From Cenarchaeum sp. (GTDB lineage: Archaea; Thermoproteota; Nitrososphaeria; Nitrososphaerales; Nitrosopumilaceae): a stretch of 64,000 bases of DNA. The notes below the pieces were generated by a model. It saw only the letters and a list, made by a program, of their open reading frames with translations. It did no database searches and had not been told where the DNA came from. The translations under genes and the position numbers were made by a program. Each line of letters starts with the position of its first letter. The stretch's first letter is position 1. Shown in pieces: positions 19,754 to 28,943 of the stretch. The stretch covers positions 1,088,001 through 1,152,000 of the forward strand of contig OY843768.1 of the NCBI GenBank assembly GCA_963693095.2, in the 5' to 3' direction.

Positions 19754-20190
19754 CTTCGGCTAACTGCGATCGTTATCGTGGAGACGTTGCGCTGCTTGCC
19801 GTCAGTCGACTCGAGGGACTCGGAGCCGAGCGTGACGCTGTCTATCGTGTATTCGGCATTGTCGCGCTTTCTCGATATGATCTGCGCCACGTCTACTGCC
19901 CTAGATATGCTCATTCCGCGCGCCTTTATCGTCACCGAGGGAACCTCGGCGAGCTGCAGCAGCGTGGATGTGACATATGCCATGAGCGGCTTTTTGCCGA
20001 TAAAGACGGTGTCCTTTGATTCAGGTCCCCTCGGCCCGCGCCGCTCGCCTGACCCGCGATCGGGTCGTGGCTGCTCGCTGCGTGGTGCCTCGGACTGGCC
20101 CTGTGCGGCCTGTGGAGCCTCTGTTGGCGGGCTCGGCGGTGCGCCTGTTGGCGCATCAGTCGCCGGCGCGTCTCCTGCGTATGCTGTCAT
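19750..20190 (-). CDS. alba: Alba DNA/RNA-binding protein with low-complexity N-terminal extension
   Basis: VFIGKKPLMAYV...IKARG-x-SISRAVDVA...NVSTITI. Confidence 0.9.
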   Translation of the reverse strand: MTAYAGDAPATDAPTGAPPSPPTEAPQAAQGQSEAPRSEQPRPDRGSGERRGPRGPESKDTVFIGKKPLMAYVTSTLLQLAEVPSVTIKARGMSISRAVDVAQIISRKRDNAEYTIDSVTLGSESLESTDGKQRNVSTITIAVSRS

Positions 20191-20249
20191 TGCCACACGC
20201 GCCCAATCTCTATAATTTAAACCAAGATCGGGCACACAGCTCTGGATAG

Positions 20250-20326
20250 TGGTGGACCGGGTGGGATTTGAACCCACGATCTCACCCATGCCAAGGGCGT
20301 ATCCTACCAGTCTAGACGACCGGCCC
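20250..20326 (-). tRNA. tRNA-Ala(GGC)
   Basis: GGGCCGG...CGCCC-TT-GGC-AT-GGGTG...GTTCAAATC...CCGGTCC-A-CCA; G3:U70 pair present. Confidence 0.95.
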
Positions 20327-20427
20327 ACGGGTCGGCAACGGCCGGCCGTGCGCGGCGCGCTGCGAGTTGTCTAATTAAGGTTTCATGCGTGGAGGCGCCG
20401 AGGGCACATGTCGGCCATGATGGGTCA

Positions 20428-20504
20428 TGGCGGGCCTGGTGGGATTCGAACCCACGACAACCGGATTAAAAGTCCGGTGCGCTACCTGGCTGCGCCACAG
20501 GCCC
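20428..20504 (-). tRNA. tRNA-Lys(TTT)
   Basis: GGGCCTG...CCGGA-CT-TTT-AA-TCCGG...GTTCGAATC...CAGGCCC-G-CCA. Confidence 0.95.
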
Positions 20505-20674
20505 ACTGCAGAAGGCGGCGCGTGCCCTCTTAATTTAGCCTTTTTGAGACCCCAGTAGTTGATCATGTGCCTGACTGTGAGCCGAGGATAGCCCCACATG
20601 TCCGCAGGGTCGTTTTGTGCCCGTCACGAGCACATGACTAACTGCCAAATGGGCCACACTTAAAGGAGGCACTG

Positions 20675-21202
20675 ATGCAAGGCGGCGTGATGAATGCGCA
20701 AGTCACACGCCACGAACTCGTGCTAGATGACAACAAAAGGACAGTAGAGTTCCTCCTAGAGGAGGCAGGAGACGATATGGAGAGGATAGCCGAGGTCAAG
20801 AAATGGGGGGAGAGGCGCACAAGGAGGATTGGCATGCTGCGCCGCTTTGTCGGCCTTGAAAAGAATGGCATCTTTGAGAGGCATGATGGAAAGATGAGTG
20901 GAATCATTGCAGAGTTTGCCACAACGCAGTGCCTTGCGATCGCCACAACGTATGGTCTCGACGGCATGGGATACACGTTCAACGACAGCGAGTCCGGCCC
21001 ACTTTGCGCCGATCTGGGCATTGACCTCCAGGCCGTAGAGCCTGCGCCAGCAGACTCGCCCACGGGGCTCTTTGGGAGCCCCAAGAGCGAGTCAGAGTTC
21101 CTGGAGAAGATCAGGGGCAAGGACATCTATGAGCTAGGCAGGATTGCCAGGCTGCTCGTCATCGACGAAGAAGATCGCATGATACCCCTGAATGCCGAAT
21201 AG
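20675..21202 (+). CDS. Hypothetical protein, distantly YwgA/SocA-like
   Basis: 175-aa ORF with TTAAA box upstream; segment YGLDGMGYTF...GPLCADL loosely resembles the G-Y-x-F...GP-Y-S-x-x-L motif. Confidence 0.6.
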   Translation: MQGGVMNAQVTRHELVLDDNKRTVEFLLEEAGDDMERIAEVKKWGERRTRRIGMLRRFVGLEKNGIFERHDGKMSGIIAEFATTQCLAIATTYGLDGMGYTFNDSESGPLCADLGIDLQAVEPAPADSPTGLFGSPKSESEFLEKIRGKDIYELGRIARLLVIDEEDRMIPLNAE

Positions 21203-21340
21203 ATCGCAGGGTCGATGATCGCAGCGTGATCTGCCATTGCGGGCATGTGTAAGCGCGCCGCAAATCTTTCTAAGCAGTGCGATCTCGTGGGTGTTGTGGC
21301 CAGAAACAGATCGCCAATCCCACTGCCCGGCACAATACGC

Positions 21341-21898
21341 ATGACGGTAACGGTGATCATAGTTCTTGCCGTATTGGTCGTGATTTTGGCAATGGGTGGG
21401 TACGCAGAACACACAATTTCCCTGATCCACGTATTTGGACTGCTGTCGTTTCCATTTGGAGTGTTTCTGTTTTTTCTGGCCCAGCTTATTTATGTGAAAA
21501 CACTGCGAATTCGAGAGTCAGTTCTGAGGGAGGAGGATCGCAGGAACAGCGCACAAGTAATATCCACAGTCAACCTGTGCAGCGTGATTGTGCAGGGTGT
21601 CCTGAATCGTGATGAGAAAGATCATGAAGTCCTCGGCACGCTTGCCGTGCGCCATGTGGCCGAGAGCATTGGCCTAGTAAGGGCACAGCATGGACACCTG
21701 CTCAGTGAATCAGGCAGATTTTTTGCAGAAAATATCCGAGACCTGGCATTGGCGGCTCTTGGCGAGGGCGGCTCGTGCAAAACGCCAACATTTTCCCGCC
21801 TGCGCCAGGCTCTTCGCAGCCTCGGCGGCGAGATAATGAGCATAGACAGCCCTGAACTAGTGGAGCGCCGAAGACGCGCGTCAGGAACAAAAGACTAG
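21341..21898 (+). CDS. Hypothetical membrane protein (2 N-terminal TM helices)
   Basis: Two hydrophobic segments followed by a helical soluble region; start uncertain (21245 or 21341). Confidence 0.55.
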   Translation: MTVTVIIVLAVLVVILAMGGYAEHTISLIHVFGLLSFPFGVFLFFLAQLIYVKTLRIRESVLREEDRRNSAQVISTVNLCSVIVQGVLNRDEKDHEVLGTLAVRHVAESIGLVRAQHGHLLSESGRFFAENIRDLALAALGEGGSCKTPTFSRLRQALRSLGGEIMSIDSPELVERRRRASGTKD

Positions 21899-22327
21899 CC
21901 CCTGCACTAAAGCCACACGCCACCTCTGTCTCCGACCCTTGCAGATGACGCAGGGCTCCATCACCTTCAGGCACACATCATGTAAATCAGGCCGAGGCAT
22001 ATGCCCAGAAAGACCGTGCGAGCACCCCGGATTCCGGCCTCGCGCCCGCAATTACAGCTGAGCACATGCCTGACAGGATGGCCAGCCAGGGGGCTTTTGG
22101 GGATTTACGAGCCCGTCGCGCCTCAGGCCGGCCCCTTGCCGAAACAAGCGGGCTGCCCCGGGCCATCCCCCAATCGGCCTGTTTGCGTTTCAGGCGGATC
22201 CGAGGGGTCGTCTTGTGTACGCCCCGAGCACATGACCAACTAGTTCCATTACCCGCGCATGCGCGGGGCAGAACCGGGATACGGTTAAAGCGCGCCTGCT
22301 TGCGGCGCTGCAGCGCAGGTGGGCAGG

Positions 22328-22570
22328 ATGGCAGGCGCACAGGACAGGGGCAAGATCACAAAGGAGGACAAGGAGCGCGTCGCGCTCCTCAGGACCGTGG
22401 CCTCCGAGGGCATGGACGCCCTAGACGGCGGGCAGCTCGAGCGCCTGCAGGAGCTAGTCGAGAAAAAGGACTATACGCACAGCAAAAAGGGCCAAAAGTC
22501 AAAGCTGAGGCTGCTCGCAAAGATCAACGTGGCCATATACGAGCGTGCCGAGGGCAGGCAGGGCATATAG
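22328..22570 (+). CDS. Conserved-type thaumarchaeal hypothetical protein
   Basis: Host-like codon usage; charged helical 80 aa (KDYTHSKKGQKSKLRLLAKINVAIYE). Confidence 0.7.
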   Translation: MAGAQDRGKITKEDKERVALLRTVASEGMDALDGGQLERLQELVEKKDYTHSKKGQKSKLRLLAKINVAIYERAEGRQGI

Positions 22571-22633
22571 GCCCACATTAGTGCGGGCTAACTTTCATTT
22601 ACTTTATTTGCCGCCATGGTCACGCGGCACGCA

Positions 22634-23272
22634 ATGAGTGCATGGGGACGCTTTTGGGGATGGTACGAGAGCAAGATACTCGGCAGCGTGATAATAATCG
22701 CGATAATACAGTTCATCCAGATACCGCATATGGTCTGGAACGCCGACCTCTACCTTGGCCTTGGAGTCGTCAGCAAGGTCCACCCAATAATCGACTGGCT
22801 CCTCTATGGCGTCGACCTGATCGAGATCGTCTCGATCATCAACGTCGGCATGATAATGTACAGCCTCATGAAAAAGAGGCGCGCCAGGGGCGACAAGGCT
22901 ATAACACCAGAGACTTCGGCGAACGCCGTGAAGCAGGTCATAGTCGTGCGAACCGACCTAGAGATGGGCAAGGGCAAGATCGCCGCGCAGGTGGGCCACG
23001 CGTGCGTCATGTGCGCGCTGCGCACAAAGTCGTCCAATCCGGACTGGTTCAAGGAATGGCAGTCATCGCAGGCAAAGGTAGTCCTGCGCGTCAACAGCCT
23101 GTCTGACCTCGAGGAGGTATGGCGCAGCGCCGCAGCCGAGAACCTCCCTTGGGACAAGGTGAGCGATGCGGGCCTCACGCAGCTAGAGCCGGGAACCGTC
23201 ACGTGCGTTGCGATAGGCCCGGCTCCCGATAACCTCATCGACAAGGTGACAGGCAAGCTCCACCTCCTCTAG
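22634..23272 (+). CDS. pth2: Small membrane protein fused in frame to peptidyl-tRNA hydrolase Pth2
   Basis: C-terminal KQVIVVRTDLEMGKGKIAAQVGHA...DAGLTQ...IGPAP...IDKVTGKLHLL; N-terminal about 85 aa with 2 TM segments. Confidence 0.9.
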   Translation: MSAWGRFWGWYESKILGSVIIIAIIQFIQIPHMVWNADLYLGLGVVSKVHPIIDWLLYGVDLIEIVSIINVGMIMYSLMKKRRARGDKAITPETSANAVKQVIVVRTDLEMGKGKIAAQVGHACVMCALRTKSSNPDWFKEWQSSQAKVVLRVNSLSDLEEVWRSAAAENLPWDKVSDAGLTQLEPGTVTCVAIGPAPDNLIDKVTGKLHLL

Positions 23273-23431
23273 CGCACTAGCTCGCCAATTCCACCCCGCC
23301 TCATCGATTCCCGTCTAGGCATTGGCCCGCATGGGTCGATGGCCGCATAGACCACACCCCACTAGAGATATAACGAGGATCCTTGGCCGATGCGGCGTGA
23401 ATGGGCGCGCGTCAGCACGGGTGCGGCACGA

Positions 23432-25351
23432 ATGAACCGCCGCCTAAAGGGAAAGGGCGGCAAGTCGCGCCTGACCCTGAGCAAGAGCAAAAAGGCCTGG
23501 CTCGCCTTTGCCTTTTTTGGCGGAATAATGCTCACATCCACAGTCGTTATCGGCATACCGGGCATACTCCCGCCACAGCAGGTCACGATAACAAACACGC
23601 CGCAGGACCGCTTTGCTGATGCTGACCGGCCGGCCCAGTGCGGCACGCCTGGTGCGGGCTCCACGCCATACGTGCAAGAGTACGAGATAACGCGGCCGTG
23701 CACAAAGCCGCTTGCGATTACCACCGATGATGAAGGCAACGTCTGGTTTACGCAGACAAACACTGGAAACCTCGCAATGTTTGATCCCGAGACCTCCGAG
23801 TTCTTTGAGTACTATAACCCGTCATGGCCACAGGCTGACTCGATGATGTGGGGCATAAAGCACTATGAGGACGGCAGCATCTGGTATACCGAGGATCGCC
23901 TAAACTCGGTATGGAAGTACATTGTGGACGAGGGCGCATACCTCAACGTCAGGTATGGCGAGGGTGATGACACGTTCCCGCACAGGATAACGGAGCTGGG
24001 AACGCAGCTCGTCATAAACGACTATACCGGCGGCCGCATCAGCTTTTTCAATCCCACTCCCGGCTCCAACGATCTGGGCTACTGGACCCTTGATGCGCCC
24101 AACCGCCTCGGCATAACGAGCGAGGTCGACTTTGACTCGTCCTTTGACATGTGGTACACAAACTGGGAGAACGGCGAGGGCGGCACGCTCGTGCGCTTTG
24201 ATGTCGGCGACTATTACGACGCGTTCAACAGCCTGCCTGACAACAGCACGGACATCGACATAGATGCCGACGACTATGTCGTGACCTTTGAGCTCCCCGA
24301 GGGGGCACCCACCATCAACGGCGTCGCAGTCGACGGGTTTGACCGCATATGGCTGTCAGACACGAACAGCAGCAACCTCTACAGGTTTGACACGTCCTCT
24401 GAAGAGTACACAAAGTACACGACGCTGCGCCCGCGCGTGGCCTCGTATGGAAACGCCTCAGGGGCGATCATAGAGCCAATAAGCAGGCCATACTTTGCGG
24501 ACACCGATGACCTCGGCAGGATCATATTCAACGAGCAGGCAAGCAACCGCATGGCCGTCCTCGACCCGTTCACCGAGAGGCTTGTAGAGTATACGATACC
24601 CTCGAGGAACCCAAACTGGGCCGACTGCGAGGAGGACGACTTTGGGTGCGGGATCGCGCAGGTCCTGGGCTTTGACTCTGACGGGGACAAGATATGGTTC
24701 ACCGAGTGGGTCGAGAACAACATTGGGGTCATCGACACGTCGATCGAGCTGCCCTATGAGATCGAGCTCGAGCCGCAGACAGTCACGATGGGCGCAAACG
24801 CCACCGAGTCAGTCATCTTGCGCGTCACGATGAACGGGACTGCCGGGGCAGGCCTCAGCCTAGAGATGTCGAGCACTGCCGGCATATTTGGCGTCGACGT
24901 CGAGGCCGAGGCCGTCGACTTGCACGACATCCTCGGCATTGACGTCGAGGGCGAGCCTGCAGGGCTGCCCGTCAATGCGACAGCCGACATTGCCGTCGAG
25001 GTTCGCGCCGAGGATGCCAGGGCCGGCACGCACAAGGTGGCCCTCGGGGTGGCCGATGACGACGTTGCAGTCACGAGATACCTGACCATAGTCATCGAGG
25101 GCGAGGATGGCGAGGCTGCTGCCGGAGAGCCCTTTGAGATAGTCGTCGGCGAGCCCGGGGATGGCGAGGGGGCCGGAGAGCCCTTTGAGATAGTCGTCGG
25201 CGAGCCCGGGGTCGAGGAGGGCACCGGCGAGCCGATCGAGATAGTCGTCGGTGAGCCCGGAGAGGCCGCCGCCGGAGAGCCGATCGAGATAGTCGTGGAG
25301 CCGCAGGGCGGAGACGACGCGCCTGAGGGCAGCGATGCGGACTCGCCGTGA
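23432..25351 (+). CDS. Membrane-anchored Vgb-lyase/NHL-like beta-propeller protein with acidic repetitive tail
   Basis: N-terminal TM helix; P-x-A-I-T-x-D-x-x-GNVWFT and IWFTEW...NNIG blades; C-terminal GEP[FI]EIVV repeats. Confidence 0.8.
   Translation: MNRRLKGKGGKSRLTLSKSKKAWLAFAFFGGIMLTSTVVIGIPGILPPQQVTITNTPQDRFADADRPAQCGTPGAGSTPYVQEYEITRPCTKPLAITTDDEGNVWFTQTNTGNLAMFDPETSEFFEYYNPSWPQADSMMWGIKHYEDGSIWYTEDRLNSVWKYIVDEGAYLNVRYGEGDDTFPHRITELGTQLVINDYTGGRISFFNPTPGSNDLGYWTLDAPNRLGITSEVDFDSSFDMWYTNWENGEGGTLVRFDVGDYYDAFNSLPDNSTDIDIDADDYVVTFELPEGAPTINGVAVDGFDRIWLSDTNSSNLYRFDTSSEEYTKYTTLRPRVASYGNASGAIIEPISRPYFADTDDLGRIIFNEQASNRMAVLDPFTERLVEYTIPSRNPNWADCEEDDFGCGIAQVLGFDSDGDKIWFTEWVENNIGVIDTSIELPYEIELEPQTVTMGANATESVILRVTMNGTAGAGLSLEMSSTAGIFGVDVEAEAVDLHDILGIDVEGEPAGLPVNATADIAVEVRAEDARAGTHKVALGVADDDVAVTRYLTIVIEGEDGEAAAGEPFEIVVGEPGDGEGAGEPFEIVVGEPGVEEGTGEPIEIVVGEPGEAAAGEPIEIVVEPQGGDDAPEGSDADSP
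25121..25302 (+). repeat. Four imperfect 48-51 bp coding repeats (GEP[FI]EIVVGEPG)
   Basis: Copies begin at about 25121, 25172, 25223 and 25271. Confidence 0.85.
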
Positions 25352-26547
25352 CGCCCGGAATTGACAAGGACATTGGAATCACCGTTTATGCGACATCCTT
25401 TGCCGGATGCGGCGGGACGATAAAGGGGGCCGTCGGCGACTTTGCCGTAAGCGAGGTCCTCTCTGACGCGTCATTGGCGGCCATTGGCGCCGAGTCTGGC
25501 TATGCCGTGTACGTCATGAGAAAGGCCGGAGTAGACACGCCGCACGCGCTCCAGAGGATGCGCCGCGCGACGGGAATAAAGCTAAAGGCGCTGGGCCTCA
25601 AGGACGCGCGCGCAACGACAGAGCAGTACGTGTGCGCAACGTCAAGGTCTGCGCGCCTCGCCGAGTACGCAGACGGCGAGGTCTCACTCTCCCCCGTCGG
25701 GTATGCGCCACGCCCGCTTAGCGCAAGGGACATGGTCGGCAACTCTTTTGCCATAGAGGTTCGCGGGCATGACGGAACCCTCGGGGAGTTTTCAGAGTGG
25801 GATGACGTGCCCAACTTTTATGCGTACCAGAGGTTTGGCTCGGCGCACACGGTCACCCATGTCATAGGGCGCGCCATGGTGGCCGGCGACTGGAAGCGCG
25901 CAGCAGAGGCCATACTGCATTTCGAGTCGCCGCACGGCGTCGGCAAGGACGCCGAGCGGCGGCGCAGGATCGCCGAGTGCTCCACATACGACGAGATGAT
26001 CTGCGAGATGCCACGGGGCATGGACATCGAGCGCGGGGTCGCCTCCTCCCTTGCGCGTGGAGGCGACGAGCTTGGGGCGATTCGGACCATACCTGTCGGG
26101 ATCAGGCGCCTCTACGTGCAGGCATACCAGTCATACATCTTTAATCGCGCGCTCTCTGAGGCAATAGGGCGCGGCGAGGGCCTCACCGCGCAAGACGGCG
26201 ATGTCTGCTATGGCAAGGACGGGAGGCTTGGCCGATGTGGCGCAGTAGACGGTCCGGCCCTCGCGCTGCCCCTCATGGGCCACTCTTACTATGCAAAGAC
26301 GAGGTTTGCCGATATCGTCGCAGAAATCATGCGCGAGGAGGGCACCTCGCCGAGGGACTTTGCGGTGCCAGACATGCGCGAGGCCGCCGCCGAGGGCGGC
26401 TTTCGGACCGCGATGATGCTCCCGCGCGAGGCGTCTGCCGACGGGGGAACCGTTCGCCTCACGCTGCGGCGCGGCTCGTACGCCACGGCCCTCATGCGCG
26501 AGGTCATAAAGCCGCAAGATCCCGTGGCCGCAGGCCTAGCGGCCTAA
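25348..26547 (+). CDS. truD: tRNA pseudouridine(13) synthase TruD
   Basis: DFAVSE, GLKDARATTEQY, GNSF, PNFYAYQRFG, AYQSYIFN, L-x-RGSYAT. Confidence 0.93.
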   Translation: MTPGIDKDIGITVYATSFAGCGGTIKGAVGDFAVSEVLSDASLAAIGAESGYAVYVMRKAGVDTPHALQRMRRATGIKLKALGLKDARATTEQYVCATSRSARLAEYADGEVSLSPVGYAPRPLSARDMVGNSFAIEVRGHDGTLGEFSEWDDVPNFYAYQRFGSAHTVTHVIGRAMVAGDWKRAAEAILHFESPHGVGKDAERRRRIAECSTYDEMICEMPRGMDIERGVASSLARGGDELGAIRTIPVGIRRLYVQAYQSYIFNRALSEAIGRGEGLTAQDGDVCYGKDGRLGRCGAVDGPALALPLMGHSYYAKTRFADIVAEIMREEGTSPRDFAVPDMREAAAEGGFRTAMMLPREASADGGTVRLTLRRGSYATALMREVIKPQDPVAAGLAA

Positions 26548-26617
26548 AGACAATAGACAAGCTTGACAAATGATTTGCCGTCTTGGCCTTTAATCACGTC
26601 CTGCGAGCGTCTAGCCA

Positions 26618-27307
26618 ATGGCCACGTCATGGGAGGGGCACGCGCCACGCGAGGGCATAATGGGCCACACGAACCTAGTCCTGTTTGTCGTCGCCGTCAC
26701 TAGCTCGATAGTCGCGTTTCTCACGTTCCACCCCATAATCAACGCGCTCAACGCCGAGTCATCCACCGTCATTGCGGCAATGTTTGTCCCCGTGATGGCC
26801 ATAGGGTTCGTCTATGGCATGAGAATGACCGAGCGGGCCATGCGCGGGGACCCCGGAGGCAGCCCGCTGTGGCGCACGATAACAAAGGTGTTCCTGTTCA
26901 TCTTTGTCATGGGAGGCATATTCAGCTCGGTCAACTTTGCGATAAACGGCGGAAGTGTCCCATCCGTCACGACCATACTTGATAATGGCCTAGTGGAGTG
27001 GGCAGGCGAGTTTGTCAGCGCAAACGGCGGTGTCGTGTTCCTGATAATCTCAAGTGTGACCATAATGGCCTCAGCCACGAGGAGAATCGTAAAGCTTGGA
27101 GGCAGGCTCAACATGATCTTTACGTTCGTCGGCACGTTCACCTTTGTGATGATGCTCGCAGTGAGCCTCACGCAGGGAAGCCTAGCAGACAGCGAGGTCT
27201 ATCTCTATACGTTCTACCAGGCCGGAGTTGTAGGCGGCGCGTTCTTTGAGATGAACCGCCTCACAAAAAAGCAAAACTATTGGGAAGACTATCTCAGCGG
27301 CTACTAG
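26618..27307 (+). CDS. Hypothetical multi-pass membrane protein
   Basis: About 6 hydrophobic segments; host-like codon usage. Confidence 0.8.
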   Translation: MATSWEGHAPREGIMGHTNLVLFVVAVTSSIVAFLTFHPIINALNAESSTVIAAMFVPVMAIGFVYGMRMTERAMRGDPGGSPLWRTITKVFLFIFVMGGIFSSVNFAINGGSVPSVTTILDNGLVEWAGEFVSANGGVVFLIISSVTIMASATRRIVKLGGRLNMIFTFVGTFTFVMMLAVSLTQGSLADSEVYLYTFYQAGVVGGAFFEMNRLTKKQNYWEDYLSGY

Positions 27308-27657
27308 TAGAGTCCGGCATACTTGGCGCACTCGGCGCTAGTAGAGTCGCGCTCTGAGCGGCACTCCTCAAATATCTCAGACTCTACCCACGTCGTGTAG
27401 CGCTTGCACTCGGGGCTCTCGAGGTCGCCCTCGGCAACGCAGCGCTCAAAGGTCACAAACGGCATGTACTTTTCGCACCCCTCGCCAAACTCCGACTCTA
27501 CGCACCCCTCATAGTGTGCCGTCTGCGCGCGCTGTATCTGGTCCGCATAGAGAACCTCCTCGCCGATCGACAGGTGTAGTATGCCAATGACTGCAAGCGA
27601 GGCGGCAACTAGAATCATAGAGTATCCCACCTTTGCGTGGTGTCGCGGCTCGGCCAA
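27304..27657 (-). CDS. Hypothetical membrane-anchored Cys-containing protein
   Basis: N-terminal TM helix; three F/Y-E-x-C...C-x-[KR]-Y units. Confidence 0.7.
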   Translation of the reverse strand: MAEPRHHAKVGYSMILVAASLAVIGILHLSIGEEVLYADQIQRAQTAHYEGCVESEFGEGCEKYMPFVTFERCVAEGDLESPECKRYTTWVESEIFEECRSERDSTSAECAKYAGLY

Positions 27658-27806
27658 CCTGCGCGCGCGGCCCGCAGAGCCGGATTTAACCCTTTCAGGA
27701 TTGCCTGCAGCCGAGCACGAAACGCGTGACGGCCACAGGACAGTGCCTCACAGGCCAATCCCGTCGTTCACGCCACAGATAAATAACGTAGAATCCGCGT
27801 TGCCGC

Positions 27807-28706
27807 GTGAACAAACTTGCGATACTCTGCGTAATTGTGGCAATTCCCGTTGCCGCAGCGGGCGCACAGTCTGACATACCCGAATGGGTAAAGAACAACG
27901 CCGGATGGTGGGCCGACGGCTCGATAGACGACGCGACGTTCGTCGGGGGCATCGAGTTTCTCATCGGCGAGGGCATCATAGAGGTGCCGCCAACTAGCGC
28001 CGGAGGAGACGGAGGCGACTCGATACCCGCATGGATAAAGAACAACGCCGGATGGTGGGCCGACGGCTCGATAGATGACGCGACGTTCGTCGGTGCGCTG
28101 CAGTTTCTCATGGAAAAGGGCATCATCAGCGTGGGCGCCCAGGATGATGCCAAAGTCGCAGACAATGTGGGCGCGGGCATGTCCGATGGCACAACAGGTG
28201 CGCTAGAGGCCGAGCTAGAGGCGTGCGAGGAGATCAAGAGGGCGCGCGATCGCCTAGACTGCAGGAACGAGATTGAGGACAGGATACTAGTAGAGTGGTA
28301 CAAGGCAAACTCGGATATCTATGAGGTCGGGCCAATAACGTACTATTATCCCGGACTCGGAACCGACGGCAACTCGTTTTACATGCAGGGAAGCCAGCCC
28401 ATACTCGACATCACGATGATGGCCATAAACGCGCGCGGGGCCGACAATGTCGCGCTCTCGTGCACGAGCCCGTCGATCTGCAGCTATGACGTGCATGACG
28501 GAACCAGTGCGTTCAAGTACACGTCGACTGACTTTACGAGCGGCCAGCACGTGATCAGGCCGGGCGAGGCGCGCGAGTTTAACATACTCTTTGGGCCAAA
28601 CATCGGATATGGCGGAACGCAGCTAGAGTATGACGCCTCAAAGTCGTACACGTTCCGGATAGACGAGTCATTCGGGAGCGCCGACGTTTCACTAGACCTG
28701 CAATAG
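27807..28706 (+). CDS. Secreted thaumarchaeal protein with duplicated IPxW[VI]KNNAGWWA domain
   Basis: Signal peptide; two near-identical KNNAGWWADGSIDDATFVG modules (about 27880 and 28025). Confidence 0.85.
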   Translation: MNKLAILCVIVAIPVAAAGAQSDIPEWVKNNAGWWADGSIDDATFVGGIEFLIGEGIIEVPPTSAGGDGGDSIPAWIKNNAGWWADGSIDDATFVGALQFLMEKGIISVGAQDDAKVADNVGAGMSDGTTGALEAELEACEEIKRARDRLDCRNEIEDRILVEWYKANSDIYEVGPITYYYPGLGTDGNSFYMQGSQPILDITMMAINARGADNVALSCTSPSICSYDVHDGTSAFKYTSTDFTSGQHVIRPGEAREFNILFGPNIGYGGTQLEYDASKSYTFRIDESFGSADVSLDLQ

Positions 28707-28761
28707 GCGCATTCTGCGGCCTAACAAGCTATTTTAAGCAAAGAACTGCGCGCCCGCACGG

Positions 28762-28860
28762 GCTCCAGTGGTGTAGACCGGTCAAGCATATCGCCCTTTC
28801 AAGGCGATGATCTCGGGTTCAAATTCCACGGCGTGGGTGAAAGTCCCGACTGGAGCACCA
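28762..28860 (+). tRNA. tRNA-Glu(TTC) with a non-canonical 20-nt intron in the T-loop (28824-28843)
   Basis: GCTCCAG...TCGCC-CT-TTC-AA-GGCGA...TCGGG-TTCAAA[TTCCACGGCGTGGGTGAAAG]T-CCCGA-CTGGAGC-A-CCA; BHB with TTCA/TGAA helix and AAT, AGT bulges. Confidence 0.93.
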
Positions 28861-28943
28861 ACCACATCACTGCCCGCGGCGGCTCTTGCGGCGCTCACAG
28901 CCCCACGCTAGTCTTAAATCACGGCCGGCGTGGCGCCTGGCGC

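Noticed and set aside
20191-20328. Extended N-terminus of the Alba ORF
   Set aside because: It runs through tRNA-Ala and is an ORF-calling artefact
28833-28943. Extended N-terminus of the polyprenyl synthase ORF
   Set aside because: It starts inside the tRNA-Glu intron; a downstream ATG has a correctly spaced TTAAA box
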